Shown here: positions 20,955 through 31,718 of the stretch, piece by piece
Numbering within the stretch: the stretch's first letter is position 1
Layout of the letters: each line of letters begins with the position of its first letter
Notes under the pieces: generated by a model
Told to the model about the DNA's origin: nothing
What the model saw: the letters and a program-made list of their open reading frames with translations, nothing else
The model's database searches: none
Translations under genes and position numbers: made by a program
Origin: an uncultured Actinomycetota bacterium
Lineage (GTDB): Bacteria > Actinomycetota > Actinomycetes > Actinomycetales > Microbacteriaceae
DNA length: 64,000 bases
NCBI GenBank assembly: GCA_963846615.1
Contig: CAWJWQ010000011.1
Span: forward strand, 173,140-237,139
Direction: 5' to 3'

Positions 20955-21409
20955 CCTTCGAAGTCCGCGCCGTCCACTGGGACCACCCCGGCGGTGTCGC
21001 GTTGCGCGAGGCGCAGCAGGTCGAGATCCGCGAGCTCTACTATCCCGAGCTCGAGGACTCCGAGCCGGGGACGAAGCCGTCCGTCGCCGACATCGCCGTG
21101 TTCTACCTGGCGTTCGACGGCGACCGCGCCATCGCGACCGGCGGGCTCCGTGCGATCGACGCGCACCACGGCGAGTTGAAACGGATGTACGTGGACCCCG
21201 CCTATCGCGGCAGCGGGGTGGCGACCCTCATGCTCCGCACCCTCGAAGACGATGCGCGCGCACGCGGCTGGGACCGTCTCGTGCTCGAGACCGGAGACAC
21301 GATGCTCCCCGCTCAGCGGTTCTACGCGCGCGAAGGATTCACCCCCATCCCCTTGTTCGGTCACTACGTGGACTCCGACCTGTCGCTGTGCTACGAGAAG
21401 GTGCTGTGA
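20951..21409 (+). CDS. GNAT-family N-acetyltransferase. Intact.
   Basis: ATGA overlap with purC. Text reads AIATGGLRAIDAHHGELKRMYVDPAYRGSGVATLMLRTLEDDARARGWDRLVLETG. Confidence 0.85.
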   Translation: MTFEVRAVHWDHPGGVALREAQQVEIRELYYPELEDSEPGTKPSVADIAVFYLAFDGDRAIATGGLRAIDAHHGELKRMYVDPAYRGSGVATLMLRTLEDDARARGWDRLVLETGDTMLPAQRFYAREGFTPIPLFGHYVDSDLSLCYEKVL

Positions 21410-22282
21410 GCGACCTGCTCGCCGACGACACCGCGATGGGCGCGGTGACTCTCAACGTCTCGGACCTCGACGCCATGACCGCGTATTACCGCGATGCGGT
21501 CGGGCTCGACGTGCTCGCGCAGGAGGGTCCGCGGACGACCCTCGGACGCGCGCACCCCGACGGCACCGGGCGCGCCATCGTCATCCTGGAGCACACGCCC
21601 GCGCTGAAGCACGCGGCCCCGCACGAGGCCGGGCTGTTCCACACCGCCATCCTGTTCGACACCCAGGAGGCTCTCGCGGCCGCCGTCTACTCGGTCGCCC
21701 AGAAGCACCCCGGCCGGTTCACCGGGTCGAGCGATCACCTGGTGAGCAAGGCGTTCTACTTCGACGACCCGGAGGGCAACGGGGTCGAGCTCTACTGGGA
21801 CCGCGATCGCAGCGAATGGTCCTGGGCGCACGGCACCATCGAGATGGGCACGATCTTCCTCGACCCGAACCGGTTCCTGCAGGAGCACATGACCGAACGC
21901 GCGCTCGAAGGCGCGGGATTCGGCGCCGCCCAGGTCGGGCACGTGCACCTCTCGGTGGGCGACACCGCGAGCGCCGCCGAGTTCTACGTCGACGAAGCTC
22001 GGATTCGAGCGCACGATCGAGATCCCCGGCCAGGCCGTCTTCGTGAGCGCCGGCGGGTACCACCACCACATGGCGATGAACGTCTGGAACAGCAAGGGCG
22101 CCGGTCGCCGCCAGCGGACGCTCGGCCTCGGCCAGATCGACATCGTCGTGCCGACGGGCGACGACCTCGGCGAGCTGGGCGAGCGGATGCGGCACTACGG
22201 CGTCGAGGCACGGGACGACGGGCAGACGGTCGCCTTCGACGACCCGTGGGCCAATCTGATCCGAGTCACCGCAAGCGCGTAG
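21406..22282 (+). CDS. VOC/glyoxalase-family protein (two-domain, catechol dioxygenase-like). One frame break near 22000.
   Basis: GTGA overlap with the GNAT gene. Text reads MGAVTLNVSDLDAMTAYYRDAVGL, HEAGLFHTAILF, SDHLVSKAFYFDDPEGNGVELYWDR, VGHVHLSVGD and SAGGYHHHMAMNVW. Confidence 0.8.
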
Positions 22283-22292
22283 GCTCCCGCAG

Positions 22293-23051
22293 GTGACCGA
22301 CCGACGACCCGGGATGCTCCGCGCGAGCAGGCCGCTCGCCGTCCTTCAGGGGCCGGTCGTGCTGCCGCAGGGCAGGTTGCTGCGACGCACCACGCCGAGG
22401 CTGCCGGATGCGGCCCAGCCCTGGGAGGGCGACCTCGCCGGGCCCGATCCGCTGCGCCTTCTGGTGCTGGGCGACTCGACCGCGGCGGGAGTCGGGGCTC
22501 CGACCCAGCAGGTCGCTCTGCCCGGTCGGCTCGCCGACGCCCTGCACGCTCGCACCGGGCGCGGGGTCGCCTGGCGCTCGGTCGGCGAGAACGGCGCCAC
22601 GGCACGCGACCTGCACGAGCGGTTCCTCGACGAGGCACTCTCGGCTCCGGCCGACCTGCTGTTCCTGACGGTCGGGGCCAACGACTCGCTGGCCATGCGC
22701 TCGGCGCGGGCGTTCGCGGCGGACGTCCGCCACATCCTGGACGCCTTCGACGACCGCAACCCCGGTGCCTTCGTGCTCATGTCGTCGTTGCCGGTCTTCG
22801 GCCGGTTCGCCCTGCTGCCGCAACCCCTGCGTACGGCGCTGTATCGCCACTCGCTCGCGCTCGAGGGGGCGGCGCGGGCCCTGGTGGAGGCGCGACCGAA
22901 CGCGGTCATGTCGAGCGACCCGCCTCCGTACTCGACCGACTTCTGGGCCACCGACCTGTTCCACCCGAGCGCCAGCGGCTACCGCGACTGGGCCGACTGG
23001 GCGGTCGACGAGGCCTGGGAGCGCGGGCTGCGGGCTGCCACGGCAGAATGA
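22293..23051 (+). CDS. SGNH/GDSL-family hydrolase, paralog 1. Intact 252 aa.
   Basis: Text reads LRLLVLGDSTAAGVGA, FLTVGANDS and DLFHPSASGYRDWA. Confidence 0.85.
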   Translation: MTDRRPGMLRASRPLAVLQGPVVLPQGRLLRRTTPRLPDAAQPWEGDLAGPDPLRLLVLGDSTAAGVGAPTQQVALPGRLADALHARTGRGVAWRSVGENGATARDLHERFLDEALSAPADLLFLTVGANDSLAMRSARAFAADVRHILDAFDDRNPGAFVLMSSLPVFGRFALLPQPLRTALYRHSLALEGAARALVEARPNAVMSSDPPPYSTDFWATDLFHPSASGYRDWADWAVDEAWERGLRAATAE

Positions 23052-23055
23052 GCGC

Positions 23056-23509
23056 ATGCGCCGAGCCGTCCCCGTCATCGCCGTGGCCGCGGTACTGCTC
23101 GCGATCGTCCTGATCCTCGTGGTCAACGCGCTCCGCGGGAGCGGCGAGGCGGGCCTCAACATCCCGACCGAGAACCTGGTGAAGGCGCCCGGCGATCCAG
23201 CGGAACCGATCGAAGGGTCGGATGCACACGGCGAGCAACGGCTGCTTCCACGTGATCGTCGACGACGTGTCCTACCTCGTGGTGTGGCCGGAGGGCTTCC
23301 GCCAGGACGGCGCCGTCGTCATCGGCACGGACGGCTCGCGGTACTCCGGCGGCAAGCCACTCGACGGTTCGGGCTGGCTGCGCTCGGTCGACGAGGTGGT
23401 GGCCGCCGCCGACGGGCCGGACGGGTACCTGGATGCGGTGACCGGTTACTGTGCAGAGGACGGCGAACTCGTGGCCGTCTTCGAATCGCTGCAGCCCGAC
23501 CTGACGCCG
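23056..23509 (+). CDS. Hypothetical N-terminally anchored or secreted protein. Frame break near 23220. The boundary with the next gene is uncertain.
   Basis: Text reads MRRAVPVIAVAAVLLAIVLILVVNALRGSGEAGLNIPTENL and then NGCFHVIVDDVSYLVVWPEGFRQDGAVVIGTDGSRYSGGKPLDGSGWL. There is no in-frame stop before the SGNH domain. Confidence 0.45.
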
Positions 23510-24181
23510 ATGACCCGCCTCCCGGCCTTCGTCCTGGCGCCCGTGGTGCTCGTGCAGGGGCGCGCGCTGAGCCGGCGCATCCCGCGGATGGCCCCGGCCT
23601 CACCGCGGTCGGGTGGTTCGCATTCGCCGGACGCCCTGCGGCTGCTCGTGTTCGGCGACTCGACTGCGATCGGCACCGGCGTCGAGCAGATGGCGGATGC
23701 GATGGTCGGCCAGCTGGCGCGGCGCCTCCCCGAGTCGGTCGCCTGGCGCGCGGTCGGAGAGAACGGCGCCACGTCTGCGGAGGTCCGAGAGCGGCACCTG
23801 CCGGAGGCACTGTCCGACCCGGCCGACGTCGCGGTCGTTCTCGTCGGCTGGAACGACGCGCTCCAGCTGCGATCGGCCGTCGCATACGCCGCCGACCTCG
23901 GCGCCCTGCTCGACGCGCTCCGCACCCGCAACCCCGACGCCTGGCTTGTCGTCGTCGGCCCGCCGGCGTTCGGGGACTTCGCCGTGCTGCCGCAGCCGCT
24001 GCGGCTCGCCCTGGGAGCGCACGCGCGCGGGCTGGCGCGAGCCGCGACCCGCGTCGCCGCCGAGCGCGGCGCGCTCTTCGTGCCGGGGTTCGACGGGCGC
24101 TCGGTCGCCTCCGACGGATTCCATCCCGACGCGACCGGGTACGCGACCCTCGCCGAGCGGGTCGCCGCTGCCCTCGGCTGA
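23510..24181 (+). CDS. SGNH/GDSL-family hydrolase, paralog 2
   Basis: Text reads [44 protein letters not shown] and [14 protein letters not shown]. It is collinear with paralog 1. Confidence 0.8.
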   Translation: MTRLPAFVLAPVVLVQGRALSRRIPRMAPASPRSGGSHSPDALRLLVFGDSTAIGTGVEQMADAMVGQLARRLPESVAWRAVGENGATSAEVRERHLPEALSDPADVAVVLVGWNDALQLRSAVAYAADLGALLDALRTRNPDAWLVVVGPPAFGDFAVLPQPLRLALGAHARGLARAATRVAAERGALFVPGFDGRSVASDGFHPDATGYATLAERVAAALG

Positions 24182-24237
24182 CTGGCCTCTCCCCGTAGAC
24201 TTGCGGCATCCAACCGCCGACATCCCGGGAGTCGCAC

Positions 24238-24483
24238 GTGCCCACCATCGTGGTCGAGGTCATGCCCAAGGCCGAACTCCTCGACCCGGCCGGCAAGGCC
24301 GTCGCGGGCGCACTGTCCCGGCTCGGCAAGAGCGAGTTCAGCGCGGTCCGCATCGGCAAGCGCTTCGAGCTGACCGTCGACGGCGAGGTGACGGATGCCG
24401 TGCTCGCCGAGGCGCGCGCTCTCGCCGACGACATGCTCAGCAACGCGGTGATCGAAGACGTCGTGAGCGTGACCGTCGAATGA
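24238..24483 (+). CDS. purS: Phosphoribosylformylglycinamidine synthase subunit PurS. Intact.
   Basis: Text reads [47 protein letters not shown]. Confidence 0.9.
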   Translation: MPTIVVEVMPKAELLDPAGKAVAGALSRLGKSEFSAVRIGKRFELTVDGEVTDAVLAEARALADDMLSNAVIEDVVSVTVE

Positions 24484-25180
24484 GAATCGGCGTCGTCACC
24501 TTCCCCGGATCGCTCGACGACCGCGACGCGCAGCGCGCCGTGCGGCTGGCCGGCGGCGAGCCGGTCGCCCTCTGGCACGGCACCCACGACCTGGAGGGCG
24601 TCGAGGCGATCGTGCTGCCCGGGCGGCTTCAGCTACGGCGACTACCTGCGCTGCGGCGCCATCGCGGCGCGCTCGCCGATCATGGCCGAGGTCATCGACG
24701 CGGCGAACGCGGGAGTGCCGGTGCTCGGCATCTGCAACGGCTTCCAGATCCTGGTCGAGGCGCACCTGCTGCCGGGCGGGCTGATCCGCAACGACCACGG
24801 CGACTTCATCTGCCGCGACCAGGTGCTGAGCGTCGAGAACAACCACGACCGCGTGGACCAACGGCTTCGACGTCGGGCAGGAGATCACGGTCCCGCTGAA
24901 GAACGGCGAGGGCGGGTTCATCGCCGACGAGGAGACCCTCAAGCGCCTCGAGGGCGAGGGTCAGGTCGCGTTCCGCTACGTCGACGTCAACCCGAACGGA
25001 TCGCTCGACGACATCGCGGGCCTCACCAACGCCCGCGGCAATGTCGTCGGTCTCATGCCGCATCCGGAGCACGCGTCGGAGGCCGGCTTCGGGCCCGACA
25101 CCCGGGTCGCGATGCGGTCCGGCACCGACGGGCTGACCTTCTTCACCAGCGTGCTCCAGCACGCGATGGCCACGGCGTAG
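24480..25180 (+). CDS. purQ: Phosphoribosylformylglycinamidine synthase glutaminase subunit PurQ. Frame breaks.
   Basis: ATGA overlap with purS. Text reads [48 protein letters not shown] and [12 protein letters not shown]. Confidence 0.93.
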
Positions 25181-25187
25181 CGAGCGC

Positions 25188-26114
25188 ATGTCGGTCCAAG
25201 CCCCGGGCGCCGTCGTCTTGATCCGCCCGCACCACTTCGCTTCGAACCCCGAGACCGCAGCGGACAACACGTTCCAGCGCACGGATGCCGCGCGGGCGGC
25301 AGCGGACATCGCGAAGGCCGCATACGACGACGCGACGCGCCTGGCCGAGGCGCTCGAGGGTGCGGGCATCACCGTGCACCTCTTCGAGGACGAGGAGGAG
25401 ACGCGGCCGGACAGCGTCTTCCCCAACAACTGGTTCTCGACTCACGCCGGAGGCCGCATCGCGGTCTACCCGATGTACTCGCCGAACCGACGGCTCGAGC
25501 GCCGCGGCGACGTGCTCGAGCTGCTCAAGCAGCAGTACCGCGTCCAGGAGGTCGTGGACTACTCGGGCCTCGAGGTGGACGGCCTCTACCTCGAGGGCAC
25601 CGGGGCGATGGTGCTCGACGGGCTGAACCGCGTCGCCTACGCGGTGCGATCGCACCGGGCCGATCCCATCGTGCTGGAGCGATTCTGCACCGCGTTCGGC
25701 TACGAGCCGATGGTCTTCGATGCCGAGCTCGATGGCGTCCCGATCTATCACACCAACGTCATGATGTGCATCGGCACCGACTTCGCGCTGGTCGGGCTCG
25801 ACCTCATGACCAACCCGGAACGCCGGGCAGAGATCGCCGAGCGGCTGGTCGAGCCGGGGCGCGAGCTCATCGAGCTGAGCATCGAGCAGATCGGCGACTT
25901 CGCCGGCAACGCGATCGAGTTGCACGGCACGCAGGGCCGCGTGCTCGCGCTCTCCGAGCGGGCGGATCGCAGCCTGACGCCCGCCCAGCGCGCGATCATC
26001 GAGAAGAGTGCGCGCATCCTGGCCGTCGACGTCTCGACGATCGAGCTGGAGGGCGGCTCCGTGCGGTGCATGATCGCCGGAATCCACCTCGACCGGCGGC
26101 ACCTGGATCACTAG
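25188..26114 (+). CDS. Amidinotransferase / arginine-deiminase-fold protein (CtlX-like). Intact 308 aa.
   Basis: Text reads [42 protein letters not shown] and [13 protein letters not shown]. Confidence 0.7.
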   Translation: MSVQAPGAVVLIRPHHFASNPETAADNTFQRTDAARAAADIAKAAYDDATRLAEALEGAGITVHLFEDEEETRPDSVFPNNWFSTHAGGRIAVYPMYSPNRRLERRGDVLELLKQQYRVQEVVDYSGLEVDGLYLEGTGAMVLDGLNRVAYAVRSHRADPIVLERFCTAFGYEPMVFDAELDGVPIYHTNVMMCIGTDFALVGLDLMTNPERRAEIAERLVEPGRELIELSIEQIGDFAGNAIELHGTQGRVLALSERADRSLTPAQRAIIEKSARILAVDVSTIELEGGSVRCMIAGIHLDRRHLDH

Positions 26115-26186
26115 CCAGACGGTCGGCAGGCTCCGTTCGCGTCATCCGACGCCCGCACCAGGCGGGCCACCCGATAGCCTCGCTGA

Positions 26187-27560
26187 ATGGGCACTTCGTC
26201 ATTCGCGCGACGCCGGAACGCCTTCCTTCGTCAGTTCGCGAGAGTTCGCGAGGGAGTCGCCACCCAGTTGTGGCCCGGACCCGCCGCTGCGATCGCGCTG
26301 GGCGTCGCGCTGGGCGTCTTCCTGCCGGTCGTCGATGCCAACGTCGACTCCTCGCTTCCTCCCGAGGTGCGTTCGGTGTTGTTTTCCGGGGGAACGGATG
26401 CGGCGCGAGCCGTGCTCACCGCGATCGCGGGTTCGCTCATCTCCGCGACCACCCTCACGTTCTCTCTCACGGTCGTCGCGCTTCAGCTCGCGAGCAGCCA
26501 GGCGAGTCCGCGCCTGCTCCGGGTGTTCTCCCGTGACCGCGCCGTCCAGGGTACGCTCGCCCTCTTCCTCGGCACGTTCGCTTTCGCCCTGGTCGTGCTT
26601 CGCACCGTCCGCGACGCGACGGACACGGCGGACCGGACCGTACCGAGCATGTCGATCACGCTCGCCGTTCTGCTGACCCTCGCGAGCGTGGTGGCGCTCA
26701 CCCTGTTCCTGGCACATCTCGCCCGCCAGCTCCGGGTCGAGACGATGTTGAAGCAGGTCCACAAAGAGACCGACCGCACGATCGACCTGCTCGAGCAGAC
26801 CGCGAGCGCCGAGAAGTCGAGTCCGATCGAGCGGCCGGATCATTACGCGCAGGTGAACGCCGTCCGATCGGGCTTCGTCGGATTCATCGACCACGAGCGC
26901 CTCGCCGAGATCGCCGGAGACCTGGGAATCGTCATCGTCGAGGAGGTGACGGTCGGCTCGAGCCTCATCGCAGGCACCCCGGTGGCCAGTTGGTGGAGGG
27001 CCGACGACGGGCCGACCGTCACCGATGAGGGGCGGGAGAGAATCGACCGCGTGGTGAACGCAGCCCATCACGTCGGTTACGAACGGACGTCGAGCCAGGA
27101 CATCGGTTTCGGCATCCGGCAGTTGGTGGACATCGCGACGAAGGCACTCTCGCCCGGGATCAACGATCCCACCACCGCGGTGCACGCGCTCTCCCATGTC
27201 TCCGCGATCATGTGTCGGATAGCCGTGTCGCCGGTCGACAACGGGATCACCCTCACCGATCACCAGGGGCGCAGGCTCGTGATCGGCCGGGCGCACGAAT
27301 TCGCGGCTTTGCTCGACCTCGCCATGACCCAGCCACGCAGGTACGGACGAACCGATCCCGACGTCGTCGCCCGGCTGTTCGCGATGCTGCGGGAGATCGC
27401 CTACGTGACGAACCGACCCGATCACCGACGATCGATCGCCGACCAGCTCGACCGGCTCGAGGCATCGGCTCAGGACAGCGGGTTCGATCCCACGGAACTC
27501 CAGAGCTTCGATCGGGCCGGGAAGGCCGTCCGCGCGGCGCTGGAAGGCACCTGGGACTAG
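26187..27560 (+). CDS. DUF2254-like membrane protein. Intact 457 aa.
   Basis: Text reads AVLTAIAGSLISATTLTFSLTVVALQLASSQASPRLLRVFSRDRAVQGTLALFLGTF and SSQDIGFGIRQLVDIATKALSPGINDPTTAV. Confidence 0.75.
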   Translation: MGTSSFARRRNAFLRQFARVREGVATQLWPGPAAAIALGVALGVFLPVVDANVDSSLPPEVRSVLFSGGTDAARAVLTAIAGSLISATTLTFSLTVVALQLASSQASPRLLRVFSRDRAVQGTLALFLGTFAFALVVLRTVRDATDTADRTVPSMSITLAVLLTLASVVALTLFLAHLARQLRVETMLKQVHKETDRTIDLLEQTASAEKSSPIERPDHYAQVNAVRSGFVGFIDHERLAEIAGDLGIVIVEEVTVGSSLIAGTPVASWWRADDGPTVTDEGRERIDRVVNAAHHVGYERTSSQDIGFGIRQLVDIATKALSPGINDPTTAVHALSHVSAIMCRIAVSPVDNGITLTDHQGRRLVIGRAHEFAALLDLAMTQPRRYGRTDPDVVARLFAMLREIAYVTNRPDHRRSIADQLDRLEASAQDSGFDPTELQSFDRAGKAVRAALEGTWD

Positions 27561-27570
27561 CCGGCCACGG

Positions 27571-27980
27571 TCAGGACTTCTTCGCGCGATCCCACGCCGC
27601 CCGCACCAGCGTCTCGAGCACGCTCGAGGTCGATGCCGTCGAGCGACTTCAGATAGAGGCAGCCCTTGCCGGTGGTGTGCGGGCCGAGGTCGTCGAACAG
27701 CGGCACCACGGGACCGTAGTCGTTGTACACGCCGTAGATCGTCACGGCGGCCTTGCGGGGTGAGAGTCCGACCACCATCCACTCGCCCGACGCTCGACGT
27801 GCCCTGGTAGTGCATGGTGCCGAACCCGATGATGGACGTCCCCCACATCACGGCGGGCGCCCCGGTCACGCGGGCCATCAGATCGCGCACCGTCTGTGCC
27901 TGTCCGCGCCGGGGCTCGGGCACGTCGGCGAGGAACGCGTCGACGTCGTCATCGGTGGGTCGCGTCTTGATCTCGGCCAT
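27571..27980 (-). CDS. DUF1801-like protein. Two frame breaks.
   Basis: Text reads [54 protein letters not shown] and [44 protein letters not shown]. Confidence 0.7.
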
Positions 27981-28039
27981 GGCGGGAGGCTAGCCCGGGC
28001 CGCCGACCAGCGGTAGTGCGCGCCGGTAGGATCGGAGGC

Positions 28040-30336
28040 GTGGCCGTGCCTTTCGTCGACTCTGTGAGCAACGCCGCCGCCACCCCCGAGAAGGAGCAGC
28101 CGTACGCCGCGCTCGGGCTGAAGCCCGACGAGTACGAGCGCATCCGCGAGATCCTCGGCCGCCGCCCGACGAGCGGCGAGCTCGCCATGTACTCGGTGAT
28201 GTGGAGCGAGCACTGCTCCTACAAGAGCAGCAAGGTCTGGCTGCGGCAGTTCGGGCAGAAGGTCAGCCCCGAGATGACGAAGAACCTCATGGTCGGCATG
28301 GGCGAGAACGCCGGGGTGGTGGATATCGGCGAGGGCTGGGCGGTCACGTTCAAGATCGAGAGCCACAACCACCCGAGCTACGTCGAGCCGTTCCAGGGCG
28401 CGGCCACCGGCGTCGGCGGCATCGTGCGCGACATCATCTCGATGGGCGCCCGCCCGGTCGCCGTCATGGACGCCCTGCGCTTCGGCGCCATCGACCACCC
28501 CGACACCGCCCGCGTGCTGCCGGGCGTGGTGAGCGGCATCAGCTTCTACGGCAACTGCCTCGGACTGCCGAACATCGGCGGCGAGACCTGGTTCGATCCG
28601 GTGTACCAGGCGAACCCGCTGGTCAACGCGCTCGCGGTCGGTGTGCTGCGCCACGAGGACCTGCACCTCGCCAACGCGCGCGGCGTCGGCAACAAGGTGG
28701 TGCTCTTCGGCGCACGCACCGGGGGCGACGGGATCGGCGGCGCCAGCATCCTGGCCAGCGAGAGCTTCGAGGACGGGGAGGACGACCAAGCGCCCGGCCG
28801 TGCAGGTCGGCGACCCGTTCGCCGAGAAGGTGCTCATCGAGTGCTGCCTCGAGCTGTTCGCGGGCGACCTGGTCGAGGGCATCCAGGATCTCGGCGCGGC
28901 CGGCATCTCGTGTGCGACGAGCGAGCTCGCGGCCAACGGCGAGGGCGGCATGGCGGTCGAGCTCGACGCCGTGCTGCTGCGCGACTCCGACGCTCACGGC
29001 GGAGGAGATCCTGATGTCCGAGAGCCAGGAGCGCATGATGGCGATCGTGCAGCCCGGCAAGCTCGAGGGCTTCCTCGCCGTCACCGACAAGTGGGACGTC
29101 GAGACCAGCGTGCTCGGCGAGGTCACCGACACCGGCCGGCTCGTCATCACCTGGCGCGGCGAGACGATCGTCGATGTCGACCCGAGCACTGTCGCCGTCG
29201 ACGGACCCGTCTACGAGCGACCGCTCGCGTACCCGACCTATCAGGACAAGCTGCAGGCCGACACCGCATCCGGCCTCAAGCGGCCCGAGGGCGGCGTCGA
29301 CCTGCGCGACCAGGTGCTCCGGCTCATGGGCTCGCCGAACCTGGCCGACAAGAGCTGGATCACCAACCAGTACGACCGGTACGTGCTCGGCAACACCGCC
29401 CTGAGCTACCCCGACGACGGCGGGATGGTGCGGGTCGACGAGAACAGCGGGCTCGGTTTCGCGGTGGCGACCGATGCGAACGGCCGGTACTGCTACCTCG
29501 ACCCGTACCGCGGAGCGCAGCTCGCCCTCGCCGAGGCGTACCGCAACGTGGCCGTCACGGGCGCGACCCCGGTCGCGGTGAGCGACTGCCTGAACTTCGG
29601 CAGCCCCGAGAACCCCGAGGTCATGTGGCAGTTCTCGCAGGCGGTCGAGGGACTGGCCGACGGCTGCCTCGAGCTCGGAATCCCGGTGACCGGCGGCAAC
29701 GTCAGCTTCTACAACCAGACCGGCGACGTGCCGATCCACCCGACCCCGGTCGTCGCGGTGCTCGGCACCATCGACGACGTGGCGCGCCGCGTGCCGTCGG
29801 GCTGGCAGGACCAGGGCGACAACGTCTACCTGCTCGGCACCACATCGCTCGAGCTCGACGGCTCGGCGTGGGCCGGCGTCGTGCACGACCACCTCGGCGG
29901 GATGCCGCCCGCCGTCGATCTCGAGCGCGAGAAGGCGCTGGGCGCACTGCTGGCGGCCGCGGCTCACGAGGGGCTCTTCAACTCCGCGCACGACCTCGCC
30001 GACGGTGGGCTCGCGGCCGCGCTCGTCGAGAGCTCTCTGCGGTTCGGCGTCGGGGTGCGGGTCTTCCTCGACGACGTGCTGCAGCGCGACGGCATCGACC
30101 TGGCGACGGCGCTCTTCAGCGAGTCGACCGGCCGCGTGCTGGTCGCAGTCCCGCGCGAGGAGGACGTCAAGTTCACCCGGCTCTGCGAGGGGCGTGGGTA
30201 CCCGGTGCTGCGCATCGGGGTCACGGATGCCGGCGGTCCCGACGGCGCGGCCGTCGAGGTGCAGGACTCGTTCACGATCCCGCTCGAGGAGCTGCGCACC
30301 GCGAACCGCGCACCCTTCGCCGAGGTCATGAGTTGA
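28040..30336 (+). CDS. purL: Phosphoribosylformylglycinamidine synthase subunit PurL. Two +1 frame breaks near 28787 and 28986.
   Basis: GTG at 28040 follows GGAGG. Text reads [67 protein letters not shown] and [11 protein letters not shown]. The C-terminal half is unbroken. Confidence 0.95.
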
Positions 30337-30337
30337 C

Positions 30338-31172
30338 GTGAGGATCCTGCGGCGCGTCTTCGTCGAGTCGGCCGTGGCTCTCGGCGCCGTCGCGATCGCC
30401 GGGTCGGTGATTCTCGCCACGTCGGGAGCCGGTTCTGCCTGGCTCGGGGTCGGACTCGCCTGGCTGCCGATCGTCGGCTATCTGCTCTACCTGCTGGTCG
30501 CAAAGCCGTCGACGAGGACCCGTCACCTGTGGATCCTGTACGTGATCGCCCTCGCCGGTCTGGTGATCTCGGCGTTCGCGGGACTGCTCGCCGTCGCGAT
30601 CGCGGCGGCGGGACTCGCCACATTGCTGGCCTACCCCTACTGGTTCTCGCGTCAGCACATTCCGGCCGCGACGTTCACAGGTGGGCACGAAGGTCCCCCG
30701 GTTTCCGCTGGTCGGTCTCGACGGCTCCGAGGTGTCCAGCGACGTTTTCGCCACGGGCTCCCGCGTGATCATGTTCTATCGGGGCAACTGGTGCCCGTTC
30801 TGCATGGTGCAGGTGCGCCAGCTGGCGGAACAGTATCGGCAGCTCGAACGACGTGGCGTCGGCGTCGCGCTGATCAGCCCGCAGCGGCCCGACGAGACGG
30901 TCGAGTTGGCGAGTCGGTTCGACATCCCCATGGAGTTCTATGTCGACCGGGATGGGGCGGCAGCTCGCGTGCTCGACCTGGTCCAATCGGGTGGGGTGCC
31001 CGCCATCTACGGTGCCGGCACCAACGGCGACACCGTGGTTCCGACCGTGGTGATCACGGGGCGGGACGGAAACGTGCTGTGGGTGGCACACGCCGACAAC
31101 CACCGGATCCGCCCGGAGCCGGCAACCTTTCTCGATGTACTCGACCGCGCCGGGATCGTCGCGCCGTCCTGA
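30338..31172 (+). CDS. Membrane-anchored thioredoxin-fold protein (AhpC/TSA-redoxin family). One frame break near 30675.
   Basis: An N-terminal hydrophobic region (about 110 aa) reads [43 protein letters not shown]. The redoxin domain follows: [40 protein letters not shown]. Confidence 0.75.
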
Positions 31173-31178
31173 CCGGGC

Positions 31179-31658
31179 TCAGACCACCGGCCGGTCGGCC
31201 CACGGGCGCACCACGCCCAGCATCCGAAACGCGCCGTCGTCGAACACCTCGATGGCGGCGCGGGAGATCTCCTCGCGCGTGTGCCAGCGGGTGCCGCCTG
31301 AGCCGTCGTCCGTCCAGCCGAGCTGCAGGACGTTGGGCCGGGATGTGGGCTCGCCACGCGCGGGGTCGGCCGCACCGCTCGTCCGGACGAGCACGAGCCT
31401 GCCCTCGACGCGCAGCTCGATCTCGGGCAGCGACTCGACTCGCACGACGTTGCGGTAGACGATCGCCCTGTCCCAGTGCCGTCCGCCCAGGGTCGCGGCG
31501 AGGGCATCGCGGTCGCGAGCGTCCACGGCGAGAGCGCGGACGCCATCCGGGATGCCGGCCACCCCGCGCGACACGCCCGTCACGTCATCGCCGCGGGCCG
31601 CCAGCGTGGCCACGGCGGGACGCAGGATGCCGGTGGCACCGACGACGAGCACGCGCAT
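31179..31658 (-). CDS. Short NAD(P)-binding Rossmann-type protein. Intact 159 aa.
   Basis: Text reads MRVLVVGATGILRPAVATLAARGDDVTGVSR. Confidence 0.5.
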   Translation of the reverse strand: MRVLVVGATGILRPAVATLAARGDDVTGVSRGVAGIPDGVRALAVDARDRDALAATLGGRHWDRAIVYRNVVRVESLPEIELRVEGRLVLVRTSGAADPARGEPTSRPNVLQLGWTDDGSGGTRWHTREEISRAAIEVFDDGAFRMLGVVRPWADRPVV

Positions 31659-31718
31659 CCGCCAAGGATGCCGGACGGGGTCACCCCGCGCTAGTGGTCT
31701 CGATGCGCCGCTCCGCGG

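Noticed and set aside
23056-24181. Calling 23056..24181 a single fusion protein
   Set aside because: This is possible because no in-frame stop separates the parts. However, an internal ATG at 23510 aligns exactly with the N-terminus of the paralogous hydrolase, and an ATGA lies at that point. I kept two features and flagged the ambiguity.
26199-27980. 593-aa minus-strand ORF antisense to the DUF2254 gene
   Set aside because: Only its first roughly 60 residues (the DUF1801 N-terminus) look like real protein. The rest is Arg/Gly/Asp-rich antisense text. The plus-strand DUF2254 frame is intact and hydrophobic where expected.
14981-30336. Reading the broken purine genes as genuine pseudogenes (genome decay)
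   Set aside because: Many essential genes are hit at once, while operon overlaps, RBS sites and full-length protein text are all preserved. That pattern fits sequence error better. I kept this only as an alternative under the frameshift finding.
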